Assembly (NCBI GenBank): GCA_951406725.2
Contig: OX597815.1
Coordinates: forward strand, 145,576,001 to 145,640,000
Length of the DNA stretch: 64,000 bases
From: Octopus vulgaris
Lineage: Eukaryota
Direction of reading: 5' to 3'
The position numbers and the translations under genes are program-made. Under the pieces are notes generated by a model. That model did no database searches. It had not been told where the DNA came from and worked only from the letters and a program-made list of their open reading frames with translations. Positions within the stretch are counted from its first letter, which is position 1; each line of letters starts with the position of its first letter. Positions 12,527 through 26,443 of this stretch are shown piece by piece.

Positions 12527-13067
12527 TGCAGGTGTGGCTGTGTGGTAAGAAGTTTGCTTCCCAACCACACAATCACATGGTTCCGGGTTCACTCCCACTG
12601 CGTGAGACTTTGGGTAAGTGTCTTCTACTTTAGCCCCAGGAAGACCAAAGTCTTGTGAAGGAATTTGGTAGATGGAAACTAACAGAAGCCTGTTGCGTAT
12701 ATGTATATATATATATAAATATAATTTTTTTTCTTTTACTTCTTTCAGTCATTTCGTCTTTAATTAACTCCAGGACTTACTCTTTGTAAGTTCAGTACAT
12801 ATTCTATCGGACTCTTTTGCCGAACCGCCAGATTATGGGGACGTAAACACACCAGCATTAGTTGTCAAGCAGTGGTGGGGGACAAACACACACACACACA
12901 CATATACGACGGGCTTCTTTCAGTTTCCGTCTACCAAATCCACTGGCAAGGATTTGGTCGGCCCAAGGCTATAGTAGAAGGCATTTGCCCAACGTGCCAA
13001 GCATTGGGACTGAACCCGGAACCGTATGGTTAGGAAACAAGCTTCCTACCACATAGCCACTCCTGCA

Positions 13068-13069
<2 letters not shown>
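12527..13069. mobile_element. Two SINE family 2 copies in convergent inverted orientation (12527-12697 +, 12730-13069 -)
   Basis: Both carry the gtggct[ga]tgtggta head and the ttggg[ct]aa[ga]tg[tc]cttctact core, on opposite strands. Confidence 0.82.
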
Positions 13070-13138
<69 letters not shown>

Positions 13139-13957
13139 ATGTGTGTGTGTATGTGTGTGCGTGTGTGTGAGGGTGCTCGCATCTGTCTTGGTGAGTCTGT
13201 GCCTGCGTTTGTACACCACCAGTCTTGGTTTGTTCCTGTCTTGTAATATAGCGGTTCGGCAAAAGACGTCGATAGATTAAGTACCAGGCTTAAAAAAAAA
13301 AAAAAAAAAGCGACTGGGGTCGATTCGGTCGACTAAAAATTTGGCCGCAGTCTAATGGTCTAATGACTGAAAGAAGTAAAGAAGCTGTGCGCTTTGAAAT
13401 TAGTATTCAATCATAGTTATGTAATATACAACTTCTCTGGTAATCGGAAGTTCTCAATGGGTTCGGTTCATTTCCAGCCATAGCTTTATTGAAAACCCAT
13501 CATTTCCTACAAATATATCCATGACCACAAACTACTGTTGATAAGAGATTTGTAAGTCCCGTCTTTTTTTTTTCTCTACTGTTGAGTATAACAATAATGT
13601 GAACCTTTAATTAATGTCGGGAGCAATTTTAGATTAAATAATTATCTTATATGAAATAATTATTTTATGAAGTTGTTGGATAAATTATGTTAATTCCGCG
13701 TGTATGTTAACATATATAAATGTGTAACTGCATATATATGCTTACATAGTTCTATGAAGACTAATTTTCTGCAATCGAGAGCAGGGTCTTTATACCATAC
13801 AAATACACACGTACGTACGCGTGTATATACACACCCACACCCACACACACGCACACACACATAGGCATATGTATGTGAATGTGTGTATGTTTGTGTATAC
13901 ACACTGAGAACAAACATATATATCTGAGCGTCATTCACTCCCTCCCGTATATATATG

Positions 13958-14040
<83 letters not shown>

Positions 14041-14050
14041 CATACAGTTT

Positions 14051-14105
<55 letters not shown>

Positions 14106-14360
14106 CTCTGTATATATACGCATGCAAACATTAGCGTTTCGTATTATGCGCATTTTTAGTGCGTTCTTACTATGGCCTCGGAGATTCGATAATTAAAATT
14201 TTTCACATATATTGTATTCTATCTCGTTTCATCTCATTCTACCTATTTCGCTTCATTAGCCATTCAGTCAACCTTCACACAGACAAACACGCACACACAC
14301 ACACATCCACACACAAACACACACACACACACACATATATATATAGTTACACACACACAT

Positions 14361-14419
<59 letters not shown>

Positions 14420-14580
14420 TGTATATACGTAAACACACACAAACTCGCAGCCTAGCGAGGAGTCAATTATCTCTATATTGTTATCCGAAAATTCTGTAGA
14501 GGCATATAAGAGAAGAAAAATAAACTTCGATAAATATTGGAAAAGAAGAAAGAAAATATTTCAAAAAGTGCAAAAAATCA

Positions 14581-14631
<51 letters not shown>

Positions 14632-14725
14632 TATAAAGCATCGGAAAATATAACGTAAAAGAAACTTTAAAAAAAGAAAAAGTCATGAGTGACGAGAAAG
14701 GAATATATAATCTGAATGAATAACA

Positions 14726-14785
<60 letters not shown>

Positions 14786-14798
14786 TTGATAATAATAA

Positions 14799-14830
<32 letters not shown>

Positions 14831-14975
14831 ATGGCAGTAGTGGTAGAAGTAAGGATGTAATATATACCTTTGTCCCCCATTAATCATGTAGGCAAACTAA
14901 GTACCTCGTTTTGTTGTTATTAATCATATTCACGGGTCAAGCAGGAACGAATGATGTTGAAATGAATTACGTGTG

Positions 14976-15039
<64 letters not shown>

Positions 15040-15049
15040 GTATATATAT

Positions 15050-15577
15050 ATAGGTAAAAACGTTAAGATAACAAAAGAAAGAGACCTCAATATTATGTAA
15101 ATAGAGGAAATTTATCTATAAAATAATATGTTACAATTACGCAATAGTCAAGATAAAACTCTGAGTTTCAGATGCCGAAGTGGAAATCCACAATACCATC
15201 TCTTCGGTTATCTGGCCATCTGAAAAACGCTATGAAGAAATACCGTTATATAAAAGGGAAATTACTGTGTTATAATTCTGCTACTTATATAAATTAAGAT
15301 TAAAAGTTCATAGTAAACACGTAAACATGGCACTTGGGCAAATGCCTTCATAGTAAACACGTAAACATGGCTAGCTATGTTTACGTGTTTACTATGAACT
15401 TTTAATCTTAATTTATATAAGTAGCAGAATTACAACACAGTAATTTCCCTTTATATAACGGTATTCTTTCATAGCGTTTTTCAGATGGCCAGATAACCGA
15501 AGAGATAGTGTTGTGGATTTCCACTTCGGCATCTGAAACTCGAGTTTTACCTTGACTATTGTGTAATTGTAACATAT

Positions 15578-15586
<9 letters not shown>
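15050..15586. repeat. Fold-back (inverted) PLE pseudo-LTR, arms ~210 bp, inserted in (TA)n
   Basis: 15117-15330 is the reverse complement of 15375-15586 with scattered mismatches. Each arm carries an HHR. Confidence 0.9.
15492..15551 (+). ncRNA. Hammerhead-like motif (CCGAAGA core variant) in a PLE pseudo-LTR; inverted copy at 15152-15212 (-)
   Basis: GAUAA-CCGAAGA-GAU...GUGGAUUUCCAC...AUC-u-GAAA-CUCGAG-UU-UUACC, with palindromic helix III CUCGAG. Confidence 0.6.
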
Positions 15587-15643
<57 letters not shown>

Positions 15644-15806
15644 GTGTGTGTTTTGAGTTTAAATTCTACCAGGATTGATAAAGTTTGCACCAGTCATAGG
15701 GGGTCTTGATTTCATCGAATTTATTTGGAATATGCGATACCGTTTTAAGAGATGGGTGACCTTGGGTGATACATAAAAAAATATCAGTGTGATATGTGAT
15801 GATAAA

Positions 15807-16270
<464 letters not shown>

Positions 16271-16300
16271 ATCTATCTATCTATCTATCTATCTATCAAT

Positions 16301-16367
<67 letters not shown>

Positions 16368-16390
16368 GATGGATATATATATATGACGAA

Positions 16391-16660
16391 GGCGCGTGGC
16401 TTAGTAGTCAGGGTATTCGGCGCTCACGATCGTAAGGTCGTAAGTTCAATTCCTGGACGATACGTTGTGTTCTTGAGCAAGACACTTTATTTCACATTGC
16501 TTCAGTTCTTCCAGCTGGCAAGAATGAGTAGTACCTGTATTTCAAAGGGCAAGCCTTGTCACATTCTGTATCACACTGAATCTCCCTGAGAACTACGTTA
16601 AGGGTGCACGTGTTTGTGGAATGATCTGGGACCCTCGTCGTCGTAACTGACGGAGTGCTC
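16391..16660 (+). mobile_element. SINE related to family 3, with a different 3' tail
   Basis: ggcgcgtggcttagtagtcaggg...aagttcaattcctgg...ttgtgttcttgagcaagacac. Related diverged copies at 43610-43830 (+) and 45715-45960 (-). Confidence 0.75.
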
Positions 16661-17186
16661 CGTGTGTGTATCATTGGCGATTTTCTTCCTCCGTGTTCCC
16701 TTCCTTTCCTCTATCTCTGAAGAAGAGCTTTGCTCGAAACTTTAAATCCTCTTTCCTCTCTTTCCTGATTTCCTGAGCGTTTGTTTGGATTCACTATACG
16801 TACATACATACATACATACATACATACATACATACATACATACATACATACATACATACATACATAAATACATACATAAATACATACATATGTGTGTGTG
16901 TGTGTGTGTGGTGGGGGAAACGGTTGAGTTCTATTTCATCCTTTACTTTGGAGAGTTCCAAGGTTCGATTTCTAATAAGGATTCTTCATAGTAAATTGGT
17001 AGCTTACTATTGTAAGTATTTTTTGAATATGAAAATGTTACAGGTATAAGGTGTCTTATGAGCATTTATAGAACACGTGTCCTATAGAAATTCGACAAAC
17101 AATTATAGATGGAGAAGAGGAGGTGTAAAAAGTTTTTAAAAAATTGTAATGTTTTAAAACTTTTAACACCTCTTCTCCATCTTTAA

Positions 17187-17426
17187 TTGTTTGTCGAGTT
17201 AAGTACGTATATCTGGGAACTCAAGAGTAAGAACATATATTTTAAATTAGATTGGGAAATACTAACATCTGCACCTGTATATAATAGTAGAAATAAAAAA
17301 TGCTCTTTATGTATCAATGAAATTTTCTTCATCGTCAAAGCCGGCCAACCCATTATTAACAGCATTAATGAGCGAAATTGTTTTTGCCTTCACAAATTGG
17401 CGTACACTTTCTCTAGATTTAAATAA
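17187..17426 (+). pseudogene. Penelope-like GIY-YIG endonuclease C-terminal fragment
   Basis: ELSTYIWELK...WEILTSAPVYNSRNKKCSLCINEIFFI...IINSINERNCFCLHK matches the PLE LSxxIWxLK...W.IL...CxLC..E...I....LN...E....CxH pattern. An inversion-junction hairpin precedes it at 17105-17185. Confidence 0.8.
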
Positions 17427-17966
17427 CATCTAATTTTTCTACCAGTAATCTTTTAGCATTCATCTATATAGGACTGTACTATTGGTCCTTACAATTTATA
17501 TTTTATAACTTTTGTGTCTCCATGTATGTGTTTTACATTGATTGTTTCTGTCCCGACTGGACAAATATACATAAATATATAGTTATTCTGATATATGCAT
17601 GATATTCGGAACCCCACAGAGTCTTTTATAGGTATAAGATGTATATGCACATCATATCTTAGGGCACTAGTTTGAGTTTTTGCTATACCAATATGTAATA
17701 TGTGTGAGTCTATAATTACTATAAGTTGTTTATCTCGATGAGCATATAAGGTGGGTTTTTTTTGTTACGGTTGGTTTGTTGGGGCTTGTGCGATTTCTGC
17801 GGTACAGGCGTGGGCTCGGGTGACGCTGCACCGGAGTTTGTGCTCCAACGTGCGCGGGCGCGTCCGTGCATGTGCATCAACGTGTGCACTCTCGCGCGCT
17901 GTGCTTGCGGACATTATTCCATTTTATTTATCTATTTATCTATACATGGATATATATATATATATA

Positions 17967-18489
17967 CTAGCAGCATAGCCCGGCGTTGCTCGGGTATGTA
18001 AGAGCCCCTAGTAGGCAACGACTAATCCCAAACTAGTCCTTTCTCTCTAGGGAACGAAGGCGCATGTGTAGGTTGCAATGTCCTCTGTTTATACGATGTG
18101 CCTAGCTGTCCCTTTGGGCGAAAACGCGATTTCCCAAAATGGCATGATTTTATCGATTTTTTCTGATGGTAAGGTATTGCCTGGAAAACTAACGTCAGAA
18201 TTAAGTTTCTTAGGGTAACATTAAGCTTCACCATGAGTTTGGTGAAAATCGATTGCAAGTTGCAAAAACTACAACAGAAAATGTGTTGCATATAAAAAGC
18301 TTAGATTCTCGACCCCATGTCGAATTTATCGATATATTTCAGAACTGGGGGAACTTTTCAAAATTTTCACTGCGTTAGTTTTGAATTATGACATTGGGCT
18401 ATGTGTGTGTCAAGTTTCATCAGAATCGGTTGAAAGCCGTGGTCAGAGTGAGGGTACAACCTGACAGACACACAGACACACAAACTGCC

Positions 18490-18495
<6 letters not shown>
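17967..18495 (-). mobile_element. Non-autonomous Helitron-like element
   Basis: The minus-strand 3' end reads CCCGAGCAACGCCGGG (hairpin), 8 nt, then CTAG followed by T. Inserted in (TA)n. Confidence 0.7.
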
Positions 18496-18534
<39 letters not shown>

Positions 18535-19637
18535 TGTTTATTTGGCACTTACTAATCTATAATTAATTTAATTTATAATTAATAAACTTATTCTAAATTA
18601 ATAGTAACTTCTGTAGGTGTGTGAAAATGTGTATGTGTACGTATGTATGTTTTTGTACATATAAGTATGATCGTGGGTGGATGTACGGATGCATGTTTTT
18701 ATTACACATATGAGCACGCAGGTGCGTACTTGGATATGTATATATGTATATGCGAATATTTATGCATGGGTGGATATAAATATAGGTTTTATTTGTACGT
18801 ATGAGTGCGCAGATATATTTTTAAATATATATATATGTGTGTGCGAAAGTTCCCTGACACAGTATAGGAAAGTATATTAATATTTATGCGTATATGCGGA
18901 TGTGCGTGTGAGTGTGTGAGTTAGTGTTAGACACTGCTTCCTGTACTGATTTGTCTATAAGCCATGCGATGACAGACATACACTCTGCAATTTGTGAGTG
19001 TGTAGAGATGTGTCGGGGTGTAGTCATGTGTGTGTGCATGTGTGTGTGAATTTCTGTGTGGATGTGTGGGTCTAGGGTTAGATGTAGATGTGTATATTTT
19101 GCTTGTGCGGTGTGGTGGAGGTCGGGCGGCTCTCAATTGACCAACCGTGAGGAAGATAATGATAATTTTAAATTCAAATCCAATAGTGTATTTATGTCAT
19201 AAGGAAAATTACTAACTGGAACCCGGACATACATATATACCGCTCTAGATCCTAATGTAAGCGTTATTAATAATATTATGAATGATAATAATGGTAACAT
19301 TAATGGTATTGACAACGATAATGATGCTAACTTTAATAACACTTTAGAAATCAGTATGAAGTAATATAATGTACTATTGACTATGTATATTTGCATCTAG
19401 TTACTAATTTATGTATGTTTATTATCACAATATTAAGTCGATAAACTGAGATATTGAATGTGGAACACATATATATGTTTACTAATTTATATTATTTATT
19501 TATATCATTATGTATATGTATATTTTTATATGTATAGGAGTGTGAGTATGTGCACTCATATGTATATGTATATGTTGTATTATGGGTATGCACCCACAAC
19601 CATGTGGGTATATATATAGACTGATTTATATTACCTA

Positions 19638-19764
19638 ATCTCCGAAGAGGCCTTATGATATTTTTGTAAATGTCTCATTTATATCTATATATAGACCTAC
19701 CATAAAAGGCTAATATTGGTAAAATGAGACATACTTATCTACATGGCCGAAACAGCTGTAAGAT
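19638..19764 (+). ncRNA. Hammerhead-like motif with a ~100-nt extended stem II
   Basis: AUCU-CCGAAGA-GGCC...(UGUCUCAUUU/AAAUGAGACA)...GGCC-GAAA-CAGCUG-UA-AGAU. Stems I, II and III all pair. Confidence 0.65.
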
Positions 19765-20346
19765 GTAATCTATACTTATGTTTATGTTTGCTTATATTTA
19801 TATTCTCTTTTATATATATTCTACTTATTATACAACATTACTCTTTTATGTAACACTTTTTTATGTACATTCCTTTATGTACACTGATTTGTTCTGCTTT
19901 TTATATTTAACCCTACAGTCTCTTATGTGGTGGTTTAATAAAGTATGTGATTGAGTATTATCTGGTAATTGATATTTGATTTAGATGTATTTCTCCATTT
20001 TCTTATCTTGTATTAGTAATTTGTGGTAAATCATTTTACCTTTGCCCATATAATACAGTAAATGAATTGATTGCATCGCAATCATTAACATTTCTGTATT
20101 AACTTTGTTGGGTACTTCACTAGCAGTATATGGGATATATGTTATCCCATGGAGGGTTGCATTTACAACCCCTATCTCAATTTGTATATATATATATGAG
20201 GTAATGGTGTCATTGAGACCCAAAGGTGTCATGTAATGCTGAATAAGTGCTATAGACAGACCATAGTTAAGTTCCAGGTTGGGAGATTTTGCGAATAAGG
20301 GGTTCAACGTTGGGCATATGTCAGCGTGTGTATATAAAAATTTTTT

Positions 20347-20665
20347 GCGTAATGAGATAAAAAAACCATGACTGTATAGATATTAGAACATTTATAGATA
20401 GAAGGTCTTACAGCTGTTTCCAGGTTATTTATTAATTATATCCCTTCATCGGAGACGGTGTGAGAGGATGGTTAAGTAATAATTAATTAAGAGGATGGTT
20501 AGGTAATAGATATCCTATCTAAATTAACTATTACTTAACCATCCTCTCACACCGTCTCCGATGAAAGGATATAATTAATAAATAACCTGGAAACATCTGT
20601 AAGACCTTCTATCTATAAATGTTCTAATATCTACACAGCCTTGGTTTTTTTTTATCTCATTACGG
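20347..20665. repeat. Fold-back PLE pseudo-LTR, arms ~140 bp
   Basis: 20347-20485 pairs with 20525-20665, with an HHR in each arm. Related sequence at 28500-28790. Confidence 0.88.
20405..20456 (-). ncRNA. Hammerhead-like motif (CCGAUGA core); inverted copy at 20554-20605 (+)
   Basis: GUCU-CCGAUGA-agGG...aCCug-GAAA-CAGCUG-UA-AGAC. Stem II is short and imperfect. Confidence 0.6.
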
Positions 20666-21101
20666 AAAATATATATATATATATATATATATATTTGAAT
20701 AAATATAAAATTTGAGGCGTAGGAAGAAAGTTAGCTTCAAGCAATACGTAGTAAATATTAAAAAAAACAACTTCCATGGACAATAGTGGTTTGTTGAGAC
20801 GGAAGATATAGTGGCGTAGGATTGTTTCGATTTCCGTTGTTAATTTGACGTTTTGTGGTGACCCTATTTGGGAGCAGTTATCTTGGCGACTGATCATGAC
20901 TTTTGTCTGGGGGTGCAACATGGTTATCCTTTTTTTCGTATTCTAAATAATCTCAGAATCGCCGGCACGTTGTTGCCAACTTAAAAGTATGTACACAGAA
21001 TGATACATAGCCGCTCGTGTGGATTCCCAAATCACGTACCGACTTTTCCTTTGCGACTGCAATACCGCTTGGCTCTGCATATTTTGAATATACATATACA
21101 T

Positions 21102-21245
21102 GCAGGAGTGGATGTGTTGTAAGACGCTTGCTTCCCAGCCACACGGTTCCTGGTTCAGTCCCACTGTGTGGCACCTTAGACAAGTGTCTTCTACTATAGC
21201 TTCGAGCCGATCAAAGCTTGTGACGGAAACTGAAAAAAGCCCGTC

Positions 21246-21246
<1 letters not shown>
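21102..21246 (+). mobile_element. SINE family 2, 5' half
   Basis: ggagtggatgtgttgtaag...ggttcagtcccactgtgtggcacc...ctactatagc. Similar partial copies at 25586-25721 (+), 47903-47988 (+) and 29350-29545 (-, 3' half). Confidence 0.8.
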
Positions 21247-21303
<57 letters not shown>

Positions 21304-22750
21304 ATATATATATATAATTGTGAAGTGGAGGAATGAAAATAGACGTGACAAATACAGGGAAATCTAATGGATAAACAATTCCTTGGCATTTCTCTTAAGG
21401 AAATACTTATTCCTCAATATATATATATGCCCTTTATTAGACTATTTTTCTTAGTCATTACATGGTGATCGCCATAAGCTTTAAGCTTATATAAAAACAC
21501 CATTTTCGATAAATACCAGATTTCGATAAAGAAGTTGTCTGCTGGAAAATCCAAATTCGTACTTTGTTTCAATTCTCATACATGTATTTTCCCTAGCCAT
21601 AGAGACTTTGAAGTGTATAAAGTAATTAACAATTACCAATCACAAACATCATTATAAAATTAGAAACACCAAAGGCTGAGTGATAGTGAATGAAAAAAGA
21701 CCACACTACTTATAATGCTACTTGTCTAGAGGAATGGTTTGAATGTCACAACGTTGTCTACTCATGAGCCTGATAGAAACAACCTAATCATACACACGCA
21801 ATGTATTCTGCCTAGATAATGAAATCGCCGCGTTGTGCTGATTCCCAGGACCTTTCGACATGAAATAAGACGAACTTTGCTTTAAAATTCTCTTTGAAAA
21901 TATTGGGACTGCTATGAAATCTTATGAATCTAGATGTATGCATTTAGTTAAATATCGCTGTATCTACAAATACATTTACTAAGACCGGTTCTCTAATGTT
22001 ACTTAACAAAGTTAACGGCATTTGGCACGTGGCCAAAATTTTGGAAGATAGTCGATTGATTATTGGGAATTATATTATCGAACTTATTGTCATGAAAAAC
22101 GATGTTGATTTCAGGTCAGCGAACTTTGAACGTATGGAAAAAAAATCTATAACAAAATTATTTAGGTTTGTCACTTAACTGATTCTACCAGACAATACTA
22201 GTACAGTCTTCGCTTCTGTGTGCGTATTTCATGATTTATTGTAGACCTGACATGGCCTGATGGCGAAGGGGTTTGTTTTGCGAGAACGAAGTCTCGGGTT
22301 CGATTTACTGTACGACATCATGGGTAAATGTAATTTTGAATGGCCTCAGCTCGACCCATACCTTGTGAGTAAAATAGGCAGACGTAGATTACATAACAGC
22401 TCGTCGGGAGGATTGTAGCAATGAGTGAAAATGTAAAACCTTGTCAGACTATGTGTCACAATGAATCTGCACGAAAAAAACATAAAGAATACATCTGGCT
22501 GTGGAATACTCAGCCAGTTACACATTAAATCAGGAGCTGGTAATTCAGTCTATTGAACAACTGAATTTTATTTATATTATTTACATTCGGCGGATATTTG
22601 ACCTCATCTTGAAAGCTGTTAGCACAAACGTTTTGGCTGATATACCCTCCAGCCTTCATCAAATGTCTTGGGGAAATTTCGAACCTGGGTTCTCATTCCT
22701 AAGGTATTTTTCGATGTTACTATGACAACCCAGGTTCGAAATTTCCCCAA

Positions 22751-22796
22751 GACAGCTGATGAAGGCTGGAGGGTATATTAGCCGAAACGTTGTGTT
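22751..22796 (+). ncRNA. Hammerhead motif of the 11249 family; degenerate inverted copy at ~22622-22667
   Basis: gacag-CUGAUGA-aGGCUG...UAGCC-GAAA-CG-UU-GUGUU. Confidence 0.6.
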
Positions 22797-22930
22797 AACA
22801 ACAAACAAGATGAGGACAAATATCCATCAAATGTAAATAATGTGCATAATTCCTCATCTCTTAAATATAGTACTGAATTTTCATCGTCAAACGACAGAGA
22901 TCCGCCGTGAGGATGACATGATTTGCTAGC

Positions 22931-23016
<86 letters not shown>

Positions 23017-24054
23017 ATGAGTTTTACATGGGATCAGAGTTCCATATTTTAGAAAGGAAGCAAAATGAGAAGAGGTGAGTTTCATGTCTCAGCGAAATAA
23101 TTATTGTTAGGTTTGTAAACGAATGAAACGAAACTAAATGAGTCAGTTGTTCAAACTGGAATCGAAACTGTGTCGCAGTGCTTCACAACAACGTTTGACT
23201 TTCTAAGATATCATTTATGAAGCGAACTTTAATATACCGAATACACTCGATGCAAAACTTGTTCATAGCATTTAATTGGGACTGGAGGCATGTAGAAGTA
23301 ATAAATAACATAATGAGACGTTAAGCTAAGCTAGATGTGATCAAAAACAAAAGAATAAATAAAGTAAACACACTATAAGTAAACAACAAGCAAAATGAAG
23401 AGAAAACGAAAATGAAATGAGAAGGACTTTACATTTTTTCCTTTCTAGGCAAGTAACTCTACTGATTAGATAAAGATTAGCGTAAGTTTCTAGGTACAAA
23501 CTCGCTTTAGTTTTCTTATTGTAAATGCTATGCTGGAACTGTTATTAAATACGATGAGGCCAAATATAATATGTAGTTATTCACACATTACTGTTCATAG
23601 TGTAATATACACTAGACAATTAAAGTGAATTTCTTTCGCTAAAACTGTTTAATAACCGAGTAAAAGAATTTTGTTAGATGTGGGAATGGTGACGAGGGGT
23701 CTGGAATAGGGTTTGCTTTAGGGTATGGGTTGGGATTAGGGTTAGGAGTGGAAAAAAAATAAAGCACTGAGAAAAAATATTGTGTTGATTAACTGAGAGA
23801 TTATTTAGTACAAATTGTTGATAGGTGTTTGGATCATCTGTGATAACAAAAGAACAGAATAAGTCATCTTGAAAGAAAAACACCTCACGTAGCCAACATA
23901 TATCACACATATAGATCAAACAACACACACACACACACGCACCACACACACATCTAAACATACCCTACATGCAAACACATTTACATATAAATATACCCAC
24001 ACACAAACACACACATGAATATGAGTTTGTGTATGTAAATGATATGCATAAATG

Positions 24055-24116
<62 letters not shown>

Positions 24117-24486
24117 ATATATAGTTAGACATTTATAGAAAAACAAAGACGAGTTGAAGACAGGTGTAGGAACAGCAAGCATGTGTATTAGTTTGACGCT
24201 CGGGAAAATGGAAAATAGTAAAATATTTACATTTCGAGCCTACGCTCTTCGACAGAAAGGAATAAGAGGAAATAGAGAGAGAATTAAAAGTTCAGTCGTC
24301 CAATGTATGTATGTATGATGTATGTATGTATGTATGTATGTATGTATGTATGTATGTATGTATGTATGTATGTATGTATGTATGCATGTATGTATGTATA
24401 TATGTGTGCATGTATGTATGTACAACATAGTTTCAACTGGTTGTCGGATAATTGAAATTAAACATTATTGGTGTGAAATATATATC

Positions 24487-24524
<38 letters not shown>

Positions 24525-24525
24525 T

Positions 24526-24596
<71 letters not shown>

Positions 24597-25729
24597 TACA
24601 TCTGGCCAACCCAATATGAAATAACAGCTAAAATTATAACATTACCACAAACTACTTTCTCCTAAATAGCATAAGCAAAACCGGTCGACGATGTAAGTAT
24701 TTTATTTCATTAATATATTTTTCCCAACATTAAATATTCATGCGTTTTCCTTTTTATATATTTTTCTGTTATAATTCACTACGTGGAATTTTTTTCTCGA
24801 GCCTTTTCACTATACATATGTGTGTGCGTATTTGTATGTGTGCATGTGTGTTTCCATGTTCAGATGGGCTCAATACATGACTATTATTCCATTCAGATTT
24901 CAGCTTTTGCTGCTTATCACGTTAAATCTCCACTGTTGCATGCTCACGCGGTATCCTGCGCAGTCTGGTGTCGGCTAATAACAAGAGAACAAAGAACATG
25001 GGTTTCATCTTGGTACGTCTTTATTTAATCCGTTATATATGTTTCCGTATTCGGCATCATATAGTATCACGCTATAATTGCAATTCGTAGACGCACCTCA
25101 TTAGAGGAGCAGACACAAGGAAACACCTCCGAAGACAGATAAACGAGAAATCATAAAAAAGTGTTGCTTATACATGATTTTAAGATGTGTCTTCGGATCA
25201 CATTTATATTGCGACATCAAATATTGCTAAATACTGAAACATATGTCATAGATGCGATAAAGGAGCATCAAGTTCAAGCTCAATTCTTTTCTCACATATA
25301 TATATATATATATATATAATATCAAAAAAAATATATATGCATACATACATACGTATATGTACATACATATATACTACGTATATATATATATATGCATATG
25401 ATGGCACAGGACGTCACGAAACGTGTACAACAAAAAGTAGGAAGTACGAGTACCTGGAATATGAACTATTTTTTCGAACAACGAAAGACACGAATGGAAA
25501 ACAAGACAAACAACATAAAGAAAGACACTTCATTAGTTGTTGGTTGTTTTTCTACTCTCGTATTTCGAATATATATGTATGTATAGGCGTAGGAGTGGCT
25601 GTGTGGTAAGTACCTTGTTTACCAACCACATCATTCCAGGTTCAGTCCCACTGCGTGGCACCTTGGGAAAGTGTCTTCTACTATAGCCTCCAACCGACCA
25701 AAGCCTTGTGAGTGGATTTGGGAAAGTCA

Positions 25730-26443
25730 CCACATCGCATATGAAAAATGACATCGCTTAAATGGCACCCATTTTCGGCTTCAGACCCCCGTGCTCTTTC
25801 CAAAACTTTTACCATAACACGCTCAAGTGTTTCAGGCCCCACTTTTCTGATTTCTCTATAGATGTTTTCCTTCAGTTGCACCAGGGTCTCCGGTTTGTTG
25901 ACGTAAACCTTCTCTTTCATGTATCACCACAAGAAAAAATCCGGGATATTCAAGTGTGGGGAACTTGAAGGCCATTCAAAGTAGACCAAGCACGTGGTTC
26001 CAGGAAGATGTGGCAACTGCATGAGAAACAATGCAGTTGCTATGGCGGTGCTTTGAAGAGAGAATATCAACAGGCTTTCACGTTCCCCAGACTTGACTAG
26101 CCCGGAATTTTTGTTGTGGGGATATCTGAAAGACAGGGTTTACGTCAACAAACTGGAGACCCTGGTGCAACTGAAGGAGAACATCAATAGAGAAATCAGA
26201 GAAGTGGGGTCTGAAACTCTTGAGGGTGTTATGGTACAAGTTTTTGGAAAGATCACGGGCCTCTGAAGCCGAAAGTGGCGGCCATTTAAGGGATACCATT
26301 TTTCATATGTGATGTAGTGGCGTTGCAAAATATTAATTTCCATTATGTCTTTTATATTGTATCAAAATTTCATGCGTTTATTTGTAAAGTTAAGGATGTT
26401 ATTAAAAACTGAAACTCATCACCTACGTTTGGGACACCCTGTA
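25730..26443. mobile_element. Tc1/mariner-type transposase C-terminal relic, duplicated in inverted orientation, with one terminal inverted repeat
   Basis: SPDLTSPEFLLWGYLKDRVYVNKLETLVQLKENI on plus (26080-26310) and its inverse at 25735-25985. Ends GGGACACCCTGTA. Confidence 0.8.

Noticed and set aside
15117-15586. Long palindromes as assembly or chimeric-read artefacts, or as pre-miRNAs
   Set aside because: The arms differ by substitutions and indels and belong to dispersed repeat families. They are too long and too clearly TE-derived for a miRNA call without small-RNA data.
21490-21600. Minus-strand reading ...KYEFGFSSRQLLYRNLVFIENG|gt as the missing upstream NR2 exon
   Set aside because: Spacing and residues do not fit the NR2 S2 motif, the donor (gtgttt) is weak, and the end overlaps a short repeat also seen at ~35315.
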